Origin: Sminthopsis crassicaudata
Lineage: Eukaryota
Direction: 5' to 3'
DNA length: 64,000 nucleotides
NCBI RefSeq assembly: GCF_048593235.1
Contig: NC_133622.1
Coordinates: forward strand, 193,285,198-193,349,197
Made by a program: the position numbers and the translations under genes. The notes beneath the pieces are model-generated. The model was not told where the DNA came from. It was given only the letters and a program-made list of their open reading frames with translations, and ran no database searches. Each line of letters begins with the position of its first letter. Within the stretch, counting starts at the first letter, position 1. This document shows positions 30,640 to 42,175 of the stretch, piece after piece.

Positions 30640-31096
30640 GTAATCATGGTTATCTAATCCACAACCTCCATGCTAATGGAGCCTCAATATTTTTCATATG
30701 CCTATTTTTACACATCGTTCTCTTAACTGTTATAGCCACCACATTCATAGGTTACGTACTCCCCTGAGACCAAATATTCTGAAGTGCCACCATCATCACA
30801 AACCTATCAGCCATCCTCTACATTGACACTACCTCACAGAATGAATTTGAGGGGGATTTTTAGTAGACAAAGCTATCCTCTTCGCATCCCACTTCATCTT
30901 ACCATTCATTATAGCGCTAGTTATTGTCCATCTCCTATTCCTCTATGAAACAGGCTCCAATAACCCCTCAGGCTTTAACCGCAATTCAGACAAAATCCCA
31001 TTCCACCCATATTACACCATCAAAGATGTTCTTGGCTTGATTTTACTTCTCCTTGTGCTTCTTATACTAACCCTATTCTCAGGACTCAAGAACTTC
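30640..31096 (+). pseudogene. MT-CYB: NUMT: degraded mitochondrial cytochrome b fragment (about codons 73-255)
   Basis: In the mitochondrial code it reads [21 protein letters not shown]...LLTVMATTFMGYVLPW...[36 protein letters not shown], with several deletions and frameshifts. Confidence 0.95.
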
Positions 31097-34033
31097 CTGT
31101 AAGTTCTTCACCTTATCTCTCTATTCCCCACAATTCTCCCCTTGGAATATGTAAATGATTTTATCATATTTCTATGAAGAACTTACATACTGTTCAAAAT
31201 CAGTTAACACATCTATACATTGTTTATCAAGTTCACCATCAAGATCATCCCTCTCTAATACATTCCAGCCTTTTCTCTGAAGAATCATTTTAATAGCATC
31301 TTCTATATGCAATATTTTGATAGGGACCTTTGAACTATTCTGGTTACTAATGTAATCATACAGGGTAGACATAGTGGCAACAGGATAATACCACTGATTG
31401 TAATAAGCTCATACCATAAAATTGCTTCTACCAACTATCTTAGAAGCAATTATCACAGAACAGATTGGCATTTGGCAGACATAAAAATACAAAGATAAAG
31501 ACAATCCAGGGAAACTGAGGCACAACATTACACACTCTCTTGAATATTTGAATTATTGAATTACCTCCCCTAGATAGCTGGGAGATCTCAGCACCGTAAT
31601 TTTGGCCAACACAGTGTGAAAGTAAATAAATAAAAATGCAAGAACTTATGGCAAAGGCAAGTCTCTTCCTGACAACTCCAGAGTTTTCAGCAGTACAAAG
31701 GCCCTCATCTCAGCCTGAGAATCCAGTTTGAGATGGACAGTTCACTGTGTTAGGTGATCTTCAGTCATTTGTGCACTTAACTCAGCTTTTGCTTATATAG
31801 GAAATAGTAGTGCTCAAAACAGTCATGATGCCCATGCTAGAAGAGGCACCTCAAGTCTGTTAGGGATTCCAAAGGAGGGAAAGAATAAGGCCTGGAGTAG
31901 CTCCACTTGTCCCCTCTAATAGAACAGGAGCTGCTACTAGGATCCAGAAAAGATTTCTGAGCAGAATATGCACAGTTAGACCATGAAGGCAGGCAAATCC
32001 CAAACTTTAGAGGCTTGATCTCAAAACTGCAATGTCCTTTGAGAATGCTAAAATAGTAATTAAGGAACTTGGGTTACAAGACTGGAGACTGCCAAGTCCC
32101 AAGGTTTATGATTTCTGGTTATTCCTTAAAAAAAGTCCCCAAAACTGAGTCTCCCAGGGCAATTCCACAGAATAAGGGGTTTCAAAGCTGAAACACAGTA
32201 AAAAAAAAAGGACTGCTTAAGGTGATATGGGGGTGGGGCAGAAGTACTTAAGGCAAAGTGAACAGAAAACTAAGGGTTCCCACTCTTTTAGGTATTTTGA
32301 AAAAAATCCACTAGTTTCCCTAGTTCCCTATCTCTTCCTCTCCTTTTTTTTTCCTCATGGAAAGGAATCATCCAAAAAAAAAAAAAAAAAAAAGTAAATA
32401 TTCAAATAACCATTCCACATATAAATCCCAAGAGTGAATTAAAGTTCCTATACATAACAAACGTACAGGAGGAGTTTCCTAGAAAATCCCTCAATTACAT
32501 ATTCTAAAGTGAACATAGATATTATAAACATATTACTTCCTTAACAGCAACAGATACCAATTTTAATAATTTCCATCCCAAATCTTAAGCACAGTAATAG
32601 ATGATCAAATCAGAATTTAACAGTATTCATAAACCATTACCAAGTCCCCCATATCAGTCCATCAGAGGCAGGGGTGATGGTCTCTCATTTAAAAACTGCT
32701 TCATAATGATAAGGGGTGTAGAACTGGCTCTCAATCCAAGCAGGGGGATGGATATGGTGTGCTGACAATGATCAATGGGCTGATCCAGGTCCCAAAAGCA
32801 GGTCAATATAGCTGTGATGTGACCAACATCTGGAACAAAACCCCAAATCTAACAGATAAAGATTAGAACAGTCTGGAATTGCCACAAAATATGGGGAGGC
32901 CAGTATAGATTGGCCAGCAATTCCTATGTGAAGGAACAAGTTTGCTTCACAGGATAAGCAGACAGCTAAAGTCCCAATAAATAGCAGTTAGGTTTCACAG
33001 ACCATTGTGCTAATTGTCCTCTCATTATTTAGAAATCTTTTAAAAAACCTGAATATTCACAGACACAAATATCCAATAACAGATGACCAGGGTAAATACT
33101 CATTTACCTAAGTATTTAGGATATAATGATTACATATAACCATATTGGAAACAGCAAGGTATAACATAATTGAATTGCATTAACAGTTTCTATTGACCAT
33201 TGCTCTGATCATAAAAATCAGTCACAGGAAGAAAAAAAATGCAAAATCATAACTATAACATAACATAAGCAGTTAAAACTTAACTTTCAGCAAAACAGGA
33301 TAAAATAGCTTTAATTCATTTGTACTCCTGTTAATTGTCTCACTGTCAGAGGGTATAAAACTCCCAAATACTATTTACTATAAGCCCAAGAGATTTTATC
33401 TCCAAAGTTTCAGATAAATGCCAGACAGTTATTTACTTTATTTACCTTATTTACTATGTTTACCTTATGTCAGTAACAGTAAGAAATTTATCCCAGAAAA
33501 TTCATACAATTCTTACATACCCAAGTAGATGTTGAATCTTGAATAAGTTGAATATTATACCAATCATTTTAAAATATCCAATACACAAAAAAATCCCAAA
33601 CTACATATTGTGCACAACAAAAACATTTTCAAAAGGATGAAGACAAAAACTATTATTTTTAGAGTCCCTTTCTGATAATTGGCATCAATACAATCAATTA
33701 AAACTTCACATAAAAGAATCTGAAAAGTTCTTGAAAACATCAATTAAACTTTTTAAAATTACCCTTTCAAACTATATATCATATTTCTGATCATATTCTT
33801 TAAATAAGAAAACCATTATGTATCTAAAGAAACAAATGTTCAATCAATTAACATCTTGTAAGAGCAACCTGTCCCTTTAAATCACAGTTTGCTTTCTTCA
33901 GCCAAAAGCAGCTGCAACTTTCCACTACTGCTCTGCTGCTCTCCCCCCTCCAAAAACAGATCCCATCTCACAGCCGTCTCTCTGTGACTACCCTTTCCAA
34001 CCAATTTCTTCTTTTTCCCATTGATTTCTTCTT

Positions 34034-34390
34034 TTTTTATTAATTTTATAATTATAAATTTTTTGACAGTATATATGCATGAGTAATTTTTTTATATAAC
34101 ATTATCCCTTGTATTCGTTTTTCCAAATTTTCCCCTCCCTCCCCTAGATGACAGGCAATCCCATAATTTTACATGTGTTACAGTATAACCTAGATACAAT
34201 TTATGTGTGTAAATCTAATTTTCTTGTTGCACGTTAAGTATTGGATTCCAAAGGTATAAGTAACCTGGGTACATAGACAGTAGTGCTAACAGTTTACATT
34301 CAGTTCCCAGTGTTCCTTCTCTAGGTGTAGTTGTTTCTGCCCATCATTGATCAACTGGAAGTGAGTTGGATCTTCTTTATGTTGAAGATA
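34034..34390 (-). mobile_element. 5'-truncated L1 inserted in the ERV internal region
   Basis: 16-bp TSD ccattgatttcttctt at 34018-34033 and 34391-34406, plus a poly-T tail. Confidence 0.9.
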
Positions 34391-37300
34391 CCATTGATTT
34401 CTTCTTGAAATCATTTGCTCCTACCAATCAATCCTTCTTAAATCACCTTCATTCTCCTGTTCCATCTCTGTTTCCTCCCAATGCCTACTTGCTCAAACTT
34501 TCTCTGACATACTTCACTCCCAAACTAATAACCCTTCTGACTAGATGCTCCATTTAAATTATTAATTGCTTTTGTAAATCAATCTTTCTTTTCCCTTGTC
34601 TTTAAATCATCCTTTTTTGAAACTTTAAACTTTAAGATTCACAATTAATTTTGAACCAAATTTCATAAAACTTATAATATACCTTACAAATTACCCAACA
34701 CTTCTAGAAAGTAAATATCATTTAAGTAAGGAAATACAAATATGACCTTCCCTAAGGTAAGCTACTGGCATTTTGTTTAATAACCTATATTTCAATTTGA
34801 AGTCCAGCCAAATAATAAAAGAAAGTTTTTCTCTTCACTTGTAAAGGCCAAAATATTCAAACAATTCTTAAGATTTTATACTCAGAACAAATCTAACATG
34901 TGCAAGGCAACAGGAAAATTATTTCCCCCAATTTCAAAATTATATTACCTCTTTAAAATATAGCAAGTTCCCAAAACTCTTAATTAAATGTTGCAGACAA
35001 ATAATTACCAAGTTTAGTCTTCTTAAATTTTCTGTTTTCTAATTCCATGAAAGCAAACTTGCTAATAATGATTTTTCTTTCTTCTCCTGAGACAATTTTT
35101 AGAAACATGCTTAGTTTTCCCACAGTCCAACAGGTCAGAGAGCCCCTATGTTCAACTATTTACCTCTCTTGCCCTATTTTTATTCCTCCCTTCCAACATC
35201 TGCAATTTCTTAATTTCCAATCTTAACACACATACTAATTTAAAGTTATTTAAAAATTAACTAGTACTTTAGTTTGTGAAATTTCCTAAAATATGCCTAG
35301 ATATTCCATTCAAACTTCCTTTCTTTAGTAAGCCAGGAAAGAGTTAAGCACCATTCCTTGCTTTACCTTGAGTTTTATTCCCCACCTCTGGCAGGATTCC
35401 ACAAGCCTGAATTCTGATAACAGGGCCCCTTGTTTACAGGTGTAATGACCACTGTTATATTTTCTCAAAACTTTCCAAACTTTCAATCTATGTTTTTATT
35501 TTTCCCCTTCTCTCCCCCTTCCTGCAAAGCCACTGCCAGAGGCAGAGGGAGAGAAAGAGAAAAAAAAGATTTCCTTTTCTTGAGAAACCCCAAACTAGTT
35601 CCCAAATTACCTTACCATGATCTAAGACCAATATATTTTGAGCCACTCTGAAAGAATTACTACTATGAATGAATTCCAATTCCCACAATTCAGCCTGATA
35701 TTTTCTAAGTCTGTAACACAGAGGCTGAATTTTTATCTCTTACAAGGTTGCTAACTTTTAACACAGAACAAAAATGATGCAAAGTAGACATACACACACA
35801 GACACATGTAGAACTCTATTTCTTGAATTCTCTATCTAATGTTCTGATACAAATTATTGGACTGCTTCTATCCCATTTTACCACCTTGGACTCAGTCCAG
35901 GGGTTGGCAGAGGGCCTTCGTTACCCTCAAGCAGCCACCTGAGAGCCTCCTCAGGAAAGTCCTTTATCATTAGGGTCAACAGCAGTCCACATCAAAAACT
36001 CCCTCGACCCAACCAATGGACCCCCAGACTCCGGAGAGCATTACCTCAAATTTACACGTGGACATATCTTTCAGACTGCAGCCAGCCATCAGGACTCTTA
36101 CTTCCTTCAATTCTGCTTTCCACTGAGTATCTGTGCCTCAGGTCATTGTCTAAGAGGGGAAGGAGACTGCTCACCCAGACCCAGAGACTGGAGAAAACTA
36201 CTCCGTGGGTGCCTGTCCTTGTTCAGGGAGCACACAGCCATCTTCCCCACAGACCCCATCCTGGAAAGCCCCCAACTGTGAGGGATGTAGAAGACCCTTA
36301 CCCAAAATGACTACTCAAAGACCACTCAGTGGAAAGCAGAAAGGTTGCTTATTAAAACCTCCAGAGAATGAGCCAACCTATCACGAGATAAGAAAGAGAA
36401 AGCTCATGGTAGGAGGGCTAAAGAAGTAGTAAAGATATATAGCTTTTATGCAAGCGATTACTTCACAAGTAAGAGCATTGAGAAAGGGAGGGGGAGGCAT
36501 CTAATTGATTGTTGCTATTTGGAGAGATTGGAATGGAAGGTTTCTGCAAAATCATCTGATTCTAGAAAAATCAGGCCTTCAGGCTTAATCAAGCAGATAG
36601 TGGTCAAGCTATTAGACTAACTATTGATAAATGTCAAATATTGATAAATCTCATCAGCTCAGGTTAAGTAAATATGTTTATAGTTGACCAAGGCTAAAGT
36701 AAATATGGGTCTGCACATGTTATACAGGTCATAGGGGAAACACAAAAATAATGAAAATAAAATACAGAAAAAGAATTCATACGTTCCTGTAAGCTCTTCA
36801 TCTTATTTATTCCACACACAGAACTTACTGAGTTTCATCACTGTTAATGGATCTGACCGGCAGGATTTTCCTTCTCAGCTATTGAAGCTTAACCTATGTG
36901 GGAGTTCTCAAGAAGGCTTGAGCTTGTCCCATCTTGTTTCTCTTTTTGTAGGGAGGAAGCAAGATAGCTCCTAAAATTCAAATTGAACATAACCTATTCC
37001 AAAAATGGGTAGAAATGTCTTACTTTACAGCCAAATTTGCAATTTCAAGACACCAACTTATTTTTAAAATGATCAGAACTTTAGTTTGTAAGATTCCCTT
37101 AGTATCTAATTGGATGCTCTAGTCTTTTGTTTCTTGGTTCACAAACTTCTTTTTTTCATAAGATGAATGTTAATAATAGAGACAGGCAATTTTAAAGTTC
37201 CAGTTCTATTTTTTTTCTCTAAAACTTCACTAGCAATCTATATAATCAGTGAGATGATTTCCTCTAGGTATAAAATAAACCTTTCATTCTAGGGGTGGTG

Positions 37301-38259
37301 GGAAATGCTCTTGATTCCCTTAAAACGAATTCTAAATATTGACCCAATTACTTGCTAGTATTTCAACAGTTGTAAAAACATACAAATCACAATATAGGTC
37401 TAAGGGGAAAAGTCTCTTCCCATCCTTTTTAAAATATCTTGTCCTAAATTCCAGAATCTGGAATGTAAAGGCGGAGAAAGATTCTTTCTGAAAACAAGAA
37501 GTTCACATTAGTTAAGAAGACAGATAAATGTGCTGGCAAAGTTTTTCCTTCTAAATTCCATGCACACAATTGAGAGAGAAAAAGAACAAATTCTCAGGGA
37601 CTCAATTATTAAAACTTCCTTCTTCCCTTACTAGATGTCTCTGGAGGCCATGCTGTGTATCACATACCCACATGTACAATATACACACAGCCTAAGAAAT
37701 AATTGCTCTTTTAAAATTGCACCTATCTTGGGTTTTTTTTTGGTATATTTTGATCTGTCAATTATATTCCTTCACCTAGTTTTTTTTCTGCCTCTCTGAT
37801 TCAAGCAGTCAGGTAAGGGGGAGAGAAAGAAAAGCTTTTGTTCTTTATCCTGTGATACAGAGGACAATTGCCATTTTAAGGTCTCTCAAGAGTACTGAAA
37901 GTTCTCATCTTTGCTTAAGCTATAAAATAACACAGTTGGTATATGGGGCTTGTCCCTTGCCCTACCTTCATCCTTTAAGCATATGAAGCCTATCAAGACA
38001 CAAGCTAATTTTCTGACTATTTCCATACTTGTGCTGCTCAGACCACCCCTTCCACAGACAACTGGTTGTGAGTTACCAGTTTAAGATTCCTCTCCAGCAC
38101 TCGTACCGCCTCTCAGTGATGAATCAGCATTACCCCTGCAGAAAGCCTCATTCCCCAAGCCCATTTCTTTGATACTCTGCCCATTATGCCAAATATAATG
38201 ATGAATCATTCTCCCCTAATTATGCCAATTGTAGGGTGGTACATCATCTGAGAGAATAC

Positions 38260-38530
38260 TGTGATACCAAAGAAGAAGTCATACCAGCTTGGTAATTACT
38301 TTTATTAGGTTAATTGGGAAAGCTTACTGAGCAGCAGCAAGACAAAATTATGGATCCTCACATAAGCCAGGTCAGGTGGCCTGATAGACTAAATATCGAG
38401 AAATGTCAAATAATGATAAATGTCATCAGTTCAGGTTAAGTAAATAAATATATAGCTGGCCAAGGCTCAAGTAAATATGGGCCTTCACATATTATACAGG
38501 TCATAAACAGAACAATAAAAGTCCCAGGTC
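38260..38530. mobile_element. Related LTR fragment
   Basis: Shares aaatgtcaaat..tgataaa..tcatcag.tcaggttaagtaaa...gtaaatatggg...tatacaggtcata with both LTRs of the 30156-36818 provirus. Boundaries are uncertain. Confidence 0.6.
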
Positions 38531-40875
38531 ATGCCATTTTTTTGATGGCGTAGTTGGCATGTCTTTTGTTGTTTACATTTACTCAATATTTTTCTGTGGA
38601 ATCATAGGGCATATTCCCTCTCTGTTTACTGCTACACAGTTTTATCATTGAGGGTACAAACAGTTTAATAGCTTTTGGGGCATAGTTCCAAATTGCTTTC
38701 CAGAATGGTTAGACAAGCCCAACCGATCTTTTCTCTCAATCCTTTGATAGCTGCTTCCAAAAAACCTGACTCAATGTGCAGGATTCTTTTTTTTTTTTTT
38801 TTGGGGGGGGAGCTCTTTACCATTACATATTCTAAAATGGAGTAGATATTTCACCAAATAGCCAGGATACTCCATTTCAATTTTAGGCACTAGTTACTTT
38901 TTGGGGAGAGCACAAATTCCTTCACTATACATTGAAAAGTAAAATTACAATCACGAATTTTTGCTTGCCAATAAATTTATTGCTCTGCTTTTGGCAGAAA
39001 GACTTAGCAATTCAAATATCCAAGTAATTGGAGAGCTGGACTATCATTTTGTCATTTTTGTCCTTTCTCTGTCCTTGTTTCCCTTTTCTTTGGGGGCTGG
39101 GGGACAGGCTGTGGGAATCCAGGCAAGTGAGTGCGTCAGTGTGGGCAACTCTCAATGTGGAAATTCCCTCCACCCAACCAGGTCAACAATTTGGCAATTT
39201 TATGACTTGTGGTCTTAAAAAAATTATTTGGGGTACCAAGAAGAGTAAGTTACTTATGGTTATATAACTGGTATCTGCCAGAAGTAGAATTTGAGCTCTT
39301 TAAAACCAGCACTCTATCCTATATATTGACATCTTCCATCAGAGAGTTATTTGACATTTTAAATTCTCCACCTGAACTCTCTTAGCTTAAGTGCTATTTG
39401 AGATAAGAGATGATACAACTTGGTAGTGAAATATAGTTCTGGATATTGATTCAGGAAACTTAGTTTTGGATCATACCTCAGAGACCAGTTGTATGACCCT
39501 GAGTAAAGCATCTTTTCTGTGCTTAAGTTTTCCTTATCTATGAAAGGATACCTCACAAGGTTGTTGGGAGGATCAAATAAGAAAATACCTTTAAAGCACC
39601 TTACAAAGCTCAAAGTGCTATAAGAATGCTAGCCATTATTAGTTATAAAATAGCTTGTCATCCTATTTTCCTTCGAGAGAATTTAATAACTGAGTTATCA
39701 ATCAGGTGGCTTTCTACTCGAACCATCAACCCAGTGAGCTTGTCCATCTCTGTGGTAGTTATGTGGAAGTTTTCCTAAAGGTTGCAGTATCCCTGCTTGC
39801 CACCAGATGATGGTCAGCCTACAAATGGCCAGGCTGGTTTTCCTACTGATCCAGCAATGCTTGGCAGGCAGAGATAAGCAATTTGAACCATCTTCTACTA
39901 ACTGTATCTAAAATCAGTCTGAGAAATGAAATAACTGCATGAAGCATTTGGAAAACTATAGCATATAATTAGCTAATAACCTTTTCCTCACCTTTGCCAC
40001 TCATTTGGGCATCCCCCTTTCTGATCAGGATTCAGATAGCCTCTTCTGACCTCATATTTTATTGTACATAAATAGAAAGGAAACAAATGAAGCCCCTCAT
40101 ATAAAGGCATTCATTTCTGCCTCCTGTTTATCCCAAATCTTTAGATATGGTAGAAATGATACAGGGATGAGACTCCTGGAGAAGAAGAGTTAATCAAACT
40201 TTCTTAGAATCATGGACTGGAAAAAGGAAAAAGGGGGAGGGGGAAGAAATTATGAGAGAACTAATCCTTTAAATTTTTCATCCCAATAGGATTCACAGTA
40301 GCTTGCCGTTTTAGCAGCTTGTTTTGTTTTTTTTTCCTCCCTGATCACGACTTTTCCCACAATGCCAACAAGAGTTGTCTCTATACTTCCCAATGTGTTT
40401 CTAGTCATTATTTTCCTTTCCCTCATGATAACCAGAAAGTCTAAAATCCAAGGGAAGCTGAATGAAGAGGAGCCTACTCTGTATCCTATAAAGTACAGAT
40501 TTCATCCTTCTTCCCATGAGGGAATTTGCCCTGTTGGAAATGAAAGTCCACTATGATCTCTTTTATTAAGGACCTTACATAGTGTGAAACCCAGAAAACC
40601 TGTAAAAAGGTTCATGGGGACTGCATCTTTAAGGGGCAGGTTGGTTCCTGAATCCTAGCCCCCACAACTGTGAATCACAGTACACTAAAGAAGCCAAAGG
40701 AATGTTTTGTTTATGCAGAATTAAGAAATTGCAAATCAATTTTTACTGTTATTTTACTTTCTGAGTAGAATATCTTTTATAAAAATTTAAATTAGTCAAT
40801 GTATCGGTCTCACACTATTCATGCTAACTAGATATATCCCTTGTCTGAAGAGAGGCCTTTAACCACAAGGAACCC

Positions 40876-41793
40876 TTATTCTGAGGGGGAAAAAAAGAGT
40901 CCAACCTTCAGAGAACCCCCAGTTTGATGAGGAAGCTGCTCTTTCCATCAGGGGGCTCTGTCTATCAGGGAGCTGGACCTTTAGAAAGGCTCCCAGGCTC
41001 AGACAGAATACACCAATAATAGACTAGAAGCCAAAGCAAGACAGGAAGAAAGAATGGGTTACTGTCAGAATGAAGGACAGGGATTGGTAACAGTCTAGGA
41101 GAAAGTGTATGTAGAGAACAATCTAATAGAAAAATCCTTAGCTGTTGCATTTCTTCTGCACCACATGAGCTCAACTGAGAGGAGAAGTAGGTGGGAAAGG
41201 ACGTTCCAATCCTGGCTGGCATTCCTCTGCTGATGTGGCTTTAGTGTTTATTTCTGTACTGTTTCATTCTGCTGTTAAATCACATAGTTGTTCACAGTAA
41301 TTTTGTCTTCTTTTGAGTTATGATTGAAGATAAACAAAGCTAGTCCCTGGGTCTTGACTTAATTAGGAGAATTAAAAAGTAATTTTGGCAATTTCTGAGG
41401 GTAAGGTTACCAAGAAGATGAACCTGTAAATTGTGTGGGGGATGGTGATATTAGCTCTGAGTGCATTACTTCTGGCTTAGCATAGCGCCCTACATACAAC
41501 TTGCTTCGTGGACATTAGGAAAATGGGGTGGAAAATGCCTTGCCAGGCTTATTTTTTTTATGTCATGCTATCTTTTTATAACCTTTCTGCCAAATATGGG
41601 CAGGTGTAATCCACCACCTATTCCATTTATGGTCAGAGCAATTGATTTCAAAATTTGCTTTGATTAAAGCCCTAGATATTTCATTCTTTTGCCAGACCAC
41701 AAACTCCTCCCCTTCCATATAAGGGAAAAATGAGTATTTCAAAATCGTTAGGGTGGACACTGAACCTGAGATGGCAATGAGTGTCTAATCTCA
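40876..41793 (-). mobile_element. LTR-like element, copy 1 (918 bp)
   Basis: Direct repeat of 57363-58491, about 97% identical by manual alignment. On the minus strand: TG start at 41793, TATAAAA near 41578, AATAAA at 41252-41247, and a degenerate CA end. No clear TSD. Confidence 0.7.
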
Positions 41794-41850
41794 GCTCTTA
41801 AAAGGTTTAGATCTCTACCCGGTTTCATAGAGCTGCTGGCATTGCTGGAC

Positions 41851-42126
41851 ATGGAGACCTGGAGTCTAGACAATTACAATTCTTATGTTTTTCCTTTCCT
41901 CTCTCTCCTTCTGATTGTGCTATGGATGGTGTCCTAGAAAGGGGTCAAGCATTTGGACTCTCCAGAATTGCCCTGTAGATTTAACTGGGAAAACTGCTGT
42001 GGTTACTGGAGCTAACTCAGGTGAGAACTCCCTCTCACTGCCTGGGGATTCCATTCCTCTCACTTCCCTTCCTAGACTTCTCATCCCTCTTCTAGAGAAA
42101 ACAATGTTCTCATTCCTTTCCACTGC

Positions 42127-42175
<49 letters not shown>

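Larger units (their letters stand above)
30156..36818 (-). mobile_element. Degenerate ERV provirus (gammaretrovirus-like, PBS-Pro)
   Basis: 5' LTR 36818-36277 and 3' LTR 31132-30156, both TG...CA. PBS TGGGGGCTTTCCAGGAT at 36274-36258 is close to the tRNA-Pro PBS TGGGGGCTCGTCCGGGAT. PPT AAGGGGAGAAT at 31143-31133. 4-bp TSD CAGT/CAGA with one mismatch. No long internal ORFs. Confidence 0.85.

Noticed and set aside
41885-41917. ATG TTT TTC...TTC TGA TTG: in-frame TGA suggesting selenocysteine or readthrough in the SDR N-terminus
   Set aside because: Weak Kozak context and a poor anchor, and no SECIS was identified. The upstream ATG at 41851 gives a much better transmembrane anchor.
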